Source: Myxococcota bacterium
Lineage (GTDB): Bacteria; Myxococcota_A; Polyangia; Polyangiales; Sandaracinaceae
Direction of reading: 5' to 3'
DNA: 13,246 nt
Assembly (NCBI GenBank): GCA_036149055.1
Contig: JAYZQJ010000096.1
Location: forward strand, 1 to 13,246
The notes below the pieces were generated by a model. It was not told the origin of the DNA. It saw only the letters and a list, made by a program, of their open reading frames with translations, and did not search any database. This document shows positions 7,777 through 13,246 of the stretch, piece by piece; position 1 is the stretch's first letter, and every line of letters begins with the position of its first letter. A program made the translations under genes and the position numbers.

Positions 7777-8316
7777 ATGAGGCACGCATTGCTGATCTGC
7801 GCCGCGCTCGCGCTGGGCTGCGGCGAAGAGGAGGCGGCGGCGCGCGAGACCGCCGAGACGGCCGAGGTCGAGGAGGCCCCGGAGGTCGAGGCGCCCGAGC
7901 CCGCGCCCGGCGGCCTCGTCGGCCTGATCGAAGGCGAGCCCTTCTCGGCGCGCGGCGTGCTGGCGCGGCGGGCTCCGGGCGACGCCATCGAGCTGCGCAT
8001 CTTCAGCCGCGCGGTGGACTGCGCGCGCTTCCGCGAGGACTACCGGCTGGCCGAAGGAGAGAAGGTCGTCACCGTCTTCCTCCGCTGGCCCAAGGCGGCC
8101 GGCGACACCATCGCGCTCCGGGCGAGCGAGACGCAGGATCGTCTGCAGTTCTGCCGCGGTCGCGCGAGCGGCTTCGCCTCCTGTGAGCCGCGTGCGCCCG
8201 AGCAAGGATCAATGACCATCGTCGAGGCCAGCCCCGAGGCGGGCGCGCTCACCTTCGACGTCTCGAGCGACGCGGGCGAGCTCTCCGGCCGCCTCGACTT
8301 CGCGCTCTGCCCCTGA
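7777..8316 (+). CDS. Hypothetical lipoprotein
   Basis: GGAGG upstream of the ATG; MRHALLICAALALG-C lipobox; acidic E/A/P linker. Confidence 0.85.
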   Translation: MRHALLICAALALGCGEEEAAARETAETAEVEEAPEVEAPEPAPGGLVGLIEGEPFSARGVLARRAPGDAIELRIFSRAVDCARFREDYRLAEGEKVVTVFLRWPKAAGDTIALRASETQDRLQFCRGRASGFASCEPRAPEQGSMTIVEASPEAGALTFDVSSDAGELSGRLDFALCP

Positions 8317-8338
8317 GGGGAGAGGCGCGGGTCCCGCT

Positions 8339-8383
8339 CTGAAACCAGGCTGAAACTGCATGACGTCGGGGGGCACCTAGAAT
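8339..8383 (+). promoter_or_regulatory. Putative promoter: CTGAAAC direct repeat (11-bp period) and TAGAAT -10
   Basis: ctgaaac at 8339-8345 and 8350-8356; TAGAAT at 8378-8383. Confidence 0.4.
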
Positions 8384-8440
8384 CGCTCTGGCCGCAGCAA
8401 CGTCGCTGCGTGACCGCCCTTCGTCATGGAGTCTCGAATC

Positions 8441-8725
8441 ATGAACCGCACCATCTCGACCACCCTCGCCGCGCTCGCTGTCTTCGTCGTCCTCCTCGGC
8501 CCCTCACTCGCGGAGGCGCGCTGCTTCTCCTTCCGCGGCGAGTCGATCAAGGTCTGCGTGTCCGGTAGCGGCGGCAGCGCAGAGCGCCAGGCCGAGTCCG
8601 TCTGCGAAGACGTCGTAGGTCACTCTTGCAGCGCCTCGGGCAACAGCGGAGAGTGCCGACGCTCCGGCTCGGTTCGCTGCTACGACGCGAGCGGCAACGA
8701 GCAGAGTCACATCGACCCCGACTGA
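8441..8725 (+). CDS. Small secreted cysteine-rich protein
   Basis: GGAG at 8428-8431 favours ATG 8441; Sec signal peptide ending AEA; six Cys in the mature part. Confidence 0.8.
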   Translation: MNRTISTTLAALAVFVVLLGPSLAEARCFSFRGESIKVCVSGSGGSAERQAESVCEDVVGHSCSASGNSGECRRSGSVRCYDASGNEQSHIDPD

Positions 8726-8756
8726 TGCCGATGGCTCCGGCGCGGAGCGGCCGCCC

Positions 8757-9551
8757 TCAGGGCTTCTGCGCCGTCACGATGTGGGCGGGGCTGGCGAACT
8801 CCACCGCGCCACCCCGCGTCTGGTGAGCCGCGAGCGCCCGCGGCGCCTCTCGCCGCAGCAGCGCGTACTGCGCCTCGTCGATGCGGTCGGCGAGCGTCCA
8901 CCCGCGCACGTCCGTGTGCACCCACGCGTCGATCGACTCGAACCGCGCCACCCCGACCTCGGTGCGGACCTCGGCCCCGGCCACCCCCGCCCGCTCGAAG
9001 AGCGCGCTCAGGGCGGCCGGGTCGCCGAGGCTGAAGGGAGCCCGGAGCTCGTCGGCGATCGCCACGCCGAACAGCCGCTCGAGCAGCTCGACCATCGCCT
9101 GGTAGCCGGGGGTCTCCGCGAGCGGCCCCCACACCGCCACCGCCAGCCGGCCTCCGGGCGCGAGCACGCGCCACATCTCGGACACCGCCCTCGCTCGGTC
9201 CTCGAAGAACATCAGGCCGAACTGACTCCCCACCGCCGCCAGCTCGCCGTCATCGAAGGGGAGCGCCTCGGCGCGGCCCGCGCGCCACTCCACCTCCGGG
9301 GCCAGCCGCGCGGCCACCGCCAGCATGCCCTCGTTGCAGTCGAGCCCCACCACCCGCTCCGCGCCGAGCCTGCGCGCGAGCTCCCGGCCCAGGACCCCCG
9401 TGCCGCAGGCGACGTCCAGCGCGCGCCCCGGACCCACCGGCTCGAGCGCCCGAGCCACCCTCGGCGCCCACTCCGCGAAGAGCGCCGGGACGAAGAACTC
9501 CTCGTACACCGACGCCGCGTCCTGCCCGATCTGCCCGCGAGAATCGCCCAT
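8757..9551 (-). CDS. Class I SAM-dependent methyltransferase (UbiE-like)
   Basis: ALDVACGTG motif I, GLDCNEGML, AEALPFDDG, EMWRVLAPGGRL; GGAGG upstream. Confidence 0.93.
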   Translation of the reverse strand: MGDSRGQIGQDAASVYEEFFVPALFAEWAPRVARALEPVGPGRALDVACGTGVLGRELARRLGAERVVGLDCNEGMLAVAARLAPEVEWRAGRAEALPFDDGELAAVGSQFGLMFFEDRARAVSEMWRVLAPGGRLAVAVWGPLAETPGYQAMVELLERLFGVAIADELRAPFSLGDPAALSALFERAGVAGAEVRTEVGVARFESIDAWVHTDVRGWTLADRIDEAQYALLRREAPRALAAHQTRGGAVEFASPAHIVTAQKP

Positions 9552-9585
9552 GGCCTCCAGATGCGCACGCCACCGTCGCCCGCCC

Positions 9586-9614
9586 GGGGACGCTCGTCGT
9601 CATATCGTCATTCG
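9586..9614 (+). repeat. Intergenic repeat family B, copy 2
   Basis: Exact 29-nt copy. Confidence 0.97.
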
Positions 9615-9668
9615 CCGCGAGGACCGGCGCGGCTGGACTCCGGCGACGCTCGGAACAAGATGCGCCCG

Positions 9669-10145
9669 ATGAGACATCTCCTCGCGCCTCTGCTCGTGCT
9701 CTCGGCCTGCGGCTCCGGGGCGCCGCCCCCTCGGGTGGCGGAGACGGAGGAGGTCGCGCCCCCGGCGGACGAGGAGCGCCCGGACCGCGCCGCCGAGGCG
9801 CGCCGGCTGCTGAGCGCGCTCGAGCGGATCGATATCGAAGACCCGGCGGACGCGCGCGGCGCGGCGCTCGAGCAGCTGCGGGCGCTCGAGCTGTCGTGGA
9901 ACGAGCACGTCGCGCTCCGGTCCCTCTGCGCGCAGGGGTTCGGCACCGTCGGCGAGGCGGAGCGCCTCCAGGCCGAGGCGAGGCGGGGCATCGAGGCGAT
10001 CGAGGCCACGGGGGAGGAGCCCACGCCCGAGGAGGCCCGGCGCCTGAGCGACCTGCTCGAGGCCTCCAACGCCGCCATCGCGCGCAGCCGAGTCGAGCTC
10101 GACCAGTGCTTCACCGCGCGCCGGGAGCTCGAGCTCGGTCTGTGA
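9669..10145 (+). CDS. Hypothetical alpha-helical lipoprotein
   Basis: 3' part of ORF 8781..10145; MRHLLAPLLVLSA-CGSG lipobox at ATG 9669. Confidence 0.8.
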   Translation: MRHLLAPLLVLSACGSGAPPPRVAETEEVAPPADEERPDRAAEARRLLSALERIDIEDPADARGAALEQLRALELSWNEHVALRSLCAQGFGTVGEAERLQAEARRGIEAIEATGEEPTPEEARRLSDLLEASNAAIARSRVELDQCFTARRELELGL

Positions 10146-10206
10146 CGCTACACGCGAGCGTGGCGGACTCGCCCGACCGGCGCGGGTCGTTAGACTCCCG
10201 GCGCCG

Positions 10207-10968
10207 ATGAAGTACGCGCCGCCGCCAGAGATGTTGGCTCGCCTCGACGAGGCGAGCGTCGAGCGGGCGCTGCGAGCCTTCTACGTCACCGGGGGCGACA
10301 GCGCGCTGCGGCCGGAGGAGCGCAAGAAGATCCCGCAGCTCGCGGGGCTCCTGCCGGCGCTCGCGCGCACGGGCCCGGATCCGCGCCTCGTCGACGCGGC
10401 GGCGGGGCGAGCCCCGGTCGGGCTCATGGCCGCCCGGCTGCTGGGCTGGTCGAACGTGGTGGTCATCGAGCGCGACCCGGGCCGGGCGGCCTCCGCGCGC
10501 CACGCCGTGGCCCGGGTCCCCGGCGTCGAGGTCGACGTGCGCGAGGGCGCCGTGGCCGACCCGGGCGTCTGGCCCAGCGCGGCCGACGTGGTCGTCGCGC
10601 TCCACGCCTGCGGCCCGGCCTTCGACGACATCGTGAGCCAGGCCATCGCCCAGGGCGCGCCCTGGGTCCTCGCCGTCCCCTGCTGCTACTCGAGCGCGAT
10701 CGCGTTCTCCGATACCGCGCGCGCCTGGGCCGACCACCTGGGCGTCGCCACCCAGGCGCCCGTCCGCCGTCGCTTCGTCGAGTCCCTCATCGACACCGAG
10801 CGGACCCTGCGCCTCGAGTCCCGCGGCTACCGCGTCTCGGTGCAAGCCTTCGTGCCCCCCGCGGTCACCCCCCACAACCTCCTCTGGAAGGCCCACCGCG
10901 TAGGCCCCAGCCGCCGCTCCACCGCCGCCGAGGAGCGCTGGCGCCGCCTCGTGAAAGGGCCGCCCTAG
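10207..10968 (+). CDS. SAM-dependent methyltransferase (Methyltransf_32-like, LHACG/PCC type)
   Basis: LVDAAAGRAPVG, VVALHACG, VPCCY, D..R...LE..GY.V, TPHN motifs. Confidence 0.88.
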   Translation: MKYAPPPEMLARLDEASVERALRAFYVTGGDSALRPEERKKIPQLAGLLPALARTGPDPRLVDAAAGRAPVGLMAARLLGWSNVVVIERDPGRAASARHAVARVPGVEVDVREGAVADPGVWPSAADVVVALHACGPAFDDIVSQAIAQGAPWVLAVPCCYSSAIAFSDTARAWADHLGVATQAPVRRRFVESLIDTERTLRLESRGYRVSVQAFVPPAVTPHNLLWKAHRVGPSRRSTAAEERWRRLVKGPP

Positions 10969-11019
10969 TGCGAGATCCATCCCGGTAGAAGGGGACCTGG
11001 CTCGTTCGCTGAAGCGCGT

Positions 11020-11046
11020 GGGGACGCTCGTCGTCATATCGTCATT
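11020..11046 (+). repeat. Intergenic repeat family B, copy 3
   Basis: 27-nt core identical; followed by gg instead of cg. Confidence 0.95.
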
Positions 11047-11055
11047 GGCTCCCAC

Positions 11056-11078
11056 GGGACGAGCTTCCCCCATCCCCA
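11056..11078 (+). repeat. Intergenic repeat family C, copy 1
   Basis: gggacgagcttccccatccccat; 22/23 identical to 12775-12797. Confidence 0.9.
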
Positions 11079-11135
11079 TCTCGCGCGGCATGCTCGCGCC
11101 GTGCGACAGGACAGCAACCCAACTGGCGCAGCGCG

Positions 11136-11978
11136 GTGATCCGTCGAGCGCTCGCCCTCGGGATCGCGGCCCTCGTGCTCTGGCCCGGCGCCGAGCACGC
11201 CGCGCCCGGGTATCCGCACCTGGATCACTTGGTCCCCCAGCCCGCGCCGGGTCCGGTCCCGCTCGTCGTCGCGTGGGAGCGTGGGCGCTGCCCGTGGCCG
11301 ACGCTGGTGCTCTACGACGACGGCGCCTGGCTCCGCGCGCCCACCCTGGACGCCGACTGCGCGCTCGACCTCGAGCGGGGCCGCCTGGACGACGCGCGCG
11401 CCGCCGACCTCGCGCGGCGCCTCACCGCCGCCGTCCAGCGCGCGCCGCAGCAGACCTTCGCGCTGCCGGGCGCGGACTGGAACACCGTCGTCGTCGCGGC
11501 GCGCACCGACCTTGGCTACCGCACCGTCTGGATGGAGGCGCTGCTGCCGCGTCGCCCGCGCGCCTTCCACGAGCGCGCGGCGCGAGAGCCGGTCGCGCCC
11601 ATCCCTGGCGCGATGCTGCCGAGCCTCATGTACCCGGCGCCGCTCCCCGAGCCGGTGCTCCACCTCAACGACCTCCTGACCGAGCTCGACCTGCGCGGCG
11701 CGCCCTTCACCCCGGAGCGGAGGCTCGTGCGCGTCTGGCCCGACGACCTGCCCCCGCGCGACCCGGAGCCGAGCGCGCCCTGGCCCGCCGCGCTCCCCGC
11801 GTCCGCCTGCCGCGCCGCCTGGCGGACCGCGAACATCGCCTGGCTCCCCGCGAGCGCCGCCGCGCGCCCCGGCCACTACCGGCTCGGCCGCCTCGGCTGC
11901 CGCCTCGACCCGACCATCCCCGCGCTCCCCGCGCACGAGACGATCTTCGACCTCGCCCGCAGAGTGCCCCCGAGCTGA
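11136..11978 (+). CDS. Hypothetical secreted protein
   Basis: GTG start; signal-peptide-like N-terminus (IRRALALGIAALVLWPG); GC3-biased codons. Confidence 0.7.
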   Translation: MIRRALALGIAALVLWPGAEHAAPGYPHLDHLVPQPAPGPVPLVVAWERGRCPWPTLVLYDDGAWLRAPTLDADCALDLERGRLDDARAADLARRLTAAVQRAPQQTFALPGADWNTVVVAARTDLGYRTVWMEALLPRRPRAFHERAAREPVAPIPGAMLPSLMYPAPLPEPVLHLNDLLTELDLRGAPFTPERRLVRVWPDDLPPRDPEPSAPWPAALPASACRAAWRTANIAWLPASAAARPGHYRLGRLGCRLDPTIPALPAHETIFDLARRVPPS

Positions 11979-12007
11979 AGCCCGGACCCTCGCGAGACCG
12001 CTCGCCG

Positions 12008-12484
12008 TCATCGCTCGCCCAGCAGCCGCTCCAGGTGCTCGGCGTCGACGCGGTCCTTCATGCGCCCCGTCGCTCGCTTGTTCTCCAGCAGAGCGCGTGG
12101 GCCGATCACCGGAAGAGTCACGCCCTCGAGCGTCACCTCCCGGCGCTCGGACCACGCTCGCTCCCACGAGACGCCCGAGAGCTCCGTCAGGATGTCGATG
12201 CGGCGGGGCGGAAGGCCGATCTGGTAGACGGTCCCCTTGGTGACGAAGTCCTCCGCGGTCACGCCATGCGCCGCCACCGGCGCGCCGTAGCGGAGAAGCG
12301 CCTCGAGCACTCGCGGAGCGTTCTGATCGTCGGGCCGCACGAAGACGTCGAGGTCGCCCGTCGCGCGCGGCAGACCGTGCGCGGCCATCGCGTGAGCGCC
12401 GACGACCAGGAACTCGACGTCCGCCTCCAGAAAGATCTCGAGGAGATCCGTGAAGTCCTCGTTGAAGCCGGGGTACTCACTCAT
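12008..12484 (-). CDS. Nucleotidyltransferase-superfamily protein (DUF6036-like)
   Basis: FLVVGAHAMAAHGLPRATGDLDVFV, IDIL, NKRATGRMKDRVD; start ATG 12484 overlaps the upstream stop (ATGAGTGA). Confidence 0.9.
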   Translation of the reverse strand: MSEYPGFNEDFTDLLEIFLEADVEFLVVGAHAMAAHGLPRATGDLDVFVRPDDQNAPRVLEALLRYGAPVAAHGVTAEDFVTKGTVYQIGLPPRRIDILTELSGVSWERAWSERREVTLEGVTLPVIGPRALLENKRATGRMKDRVDAEHLERLLGER

Positions 12485-12719
12485 CGCCGGGACGGATGAT
12501 GCGTCCGGGAGCATCGCTCCGCGAGTACGTAGGCAACGGGCGACCGCTCATCGCCCACGCGTCGAGGGCCAGGCGCCACATCATGCCCAAGCGCTCCGCG
12601 GCGGTGGTCGTGCCCGACAGGTCCTCGGGCGGCTCGCCCCCCAGCGGGTAACGGCTCACCGGCCACCCGGCGCGCGCGGCGGCCCTCCGAGTTCGCTCGT
12701 CGTCGCGAGAAGCGCTCAT
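12477..12719 (-). CDS. Small protein (80 aa) coupled to the nucleotidyltransferase; putative antitoxin or partner
   Basis: ATG 12719 preceded by TATCCT at 7 nt; TAAERLGMMWRL helix; 8-nt overlap with the downstream gene. Confidence 0.75.
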   Translation of the reverse strand: MSASRDDERTRRAAARAGWPVSRYPLGGEPPEDLSGTTTAAERLGMMWRLALDAWAMSGRPLPTYSRSDAPGRIIRPGDE

Positions 12720-12726
12720 GTTCGAC

Positions 12727-12732
12727 AGGATA
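12727..12732 (-). promoter_or_regulatory. Putative -10 box of a leaderless transcript
   Basis: TATCCT 7 nt upstream of ATG 12719. Confidence 0.5.
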
Positions 12733-12773
12733 GCCGATGAAAGGGCCCACGACCCTCGGGGACCGAGGAGGAC

Positions 12774-12800
12774 GGGGACGATCTTCCCCATCCCCATTCG
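12774..12800 (+). repeat. Intergenic repeat family C, copy 2
   Basis: ggggacgatcttccccatccccattcg; shares both ends (ggggacg...cattcg) with family B. Confidence 0.9.
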
Positions 12801-12811
12801 ATCCGGCCGAC

Positions 12812-12840
12812 GGGGACGCTCGTCGTCATATCGTCATTCG
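12812..12840 (+). repeat. Intergenic repeat family B, copy 4
   Basis: Exact 29-nt copy; ends 7 nt before the stop codon at 12848. Confidence 0.97.
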
Positions 12841-12847
12841 TACGGCG

Positions 12848-13246
12848 TCACGACACGTAGTAGAACAGCGCGTCGAAGACCGTGTGGGGCGGGGTACGGA
12901 GAGGCACGTCCACGTCGACGACCCGGCGCATCCGCGCGCTCGAGAGGAAGGTGTACCCCGCGTCCTCGAGCGTGCTCCGCAGCGCCTGCTCGTGCGCGGG
13001 CCACCCTTCGCCTGGCGGCAGACGATACAGGTCGTCCGGCCCGAGGATCGTCGCTCCTCCGCCGCGCTCGAAGGTGGTCGTCTCCGCCGGCCCGTAGACC
13101 GCGACGGGCGCGAGGATGGCCAGATGGACGGCGAGCCCCGGCTGCACCGTCACCTGCCCGCGCCGGTACGCGGATCCGGGCTCGTGCAGCAGCAGGTCGA
13201 GATACGACGCGCCGTACCGTCGGCGGACGACCTCGAGCCCGAGCTG
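12848..13246 (-). CDS. Hypothetical protein, 5'-truncated by the window edge
   Basis: Frame of ORF 12848..13153 stays open to 13246 (QLGLEVVRRRYGASYLDLLLHEPG...); ends TVFDALFYYVS. Confidence 0.7.
   Translation of the reverse strand, partial: QLGLEVVRRRYGASYLDLLLHEPGSAYRRGQVTVQPGLAVHLAILAPVAVYGPAETTTFERGGGATILGPDDLYRLPPGEGWPAHEQALRSTLEDAGYTFLSSARMRRVVDVDVPLRTPPHTVFDALFYYVS

Noticed and set aside
199..8205. Long antisense or alternate-frame ORFs (199..1629-, 698..2437+, 1326..2762-, 3128..4228-, 4316..6121+, 6046..8205-)
   Set aside because: Shadow ORFs from stop-codon scarcity in high-GC DNA; low-complexity or antisense-typical translations overlapping well-supported genes
8781..9668. N-terminal extension of ORF 8781..10145
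   Set aside because: Antisense to the methyltransferase and runs through repeat B2; the lipobox supports a start at 9669
10111..12499. ORFs 10111..11091-, 11018..12499+ and 11034..12167-
   Set aside because: Shadow ORFs overlapping better-supported genes and crossing the repeat junctions
6032..12840. CRISPR array interpretation of the 29-nt B repeat
   Set aside because: Copies are 1.4-3.6 kb apart with whole genes between them; no cas genes in the window
161..12840. Classical integron attC sites
   Set aside because: No intergenic RYYYAAC/GTTRRRY ends or long imperfect palindromes seen; multi-gene blocks of mixed orientation; no intI

Overview
Very GC-rich bacterial DNA (roughly 75% by eye). 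The many lipoproteins, EGF-like repeats and a GKAD-like motif suggest Myxococcota (inference). About 15 functionally unrelated accessory genes: 7 predicted lipoproteins (including a PrcB-C/P-domain protein and an EGF + beta-propeller protein), 2 other secreted proteins, an LRR-SMI1/KNR4 protein, two SAM methyltransferases, a nucleotidyltransferase coupled to a small upstream partner, and a partial hypothetical. The most notable signal is non-coding. Three families of short, co-oriented intergenic direct repeats (A x2, B x4, C x2) divide the window into 1.4-3.6 kb blocks of 2-4 genes. All share the design GGG(G)ACG + 2-5 nt + a tandem 6-8 nt duplication, and one block is bracketed in nested B-C-[genes]-C-B order. 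This resembles a cassette array with non-attC junction sites, but no recombinase, transposase or cas gene lies in the window, so the mechanism is unproven.
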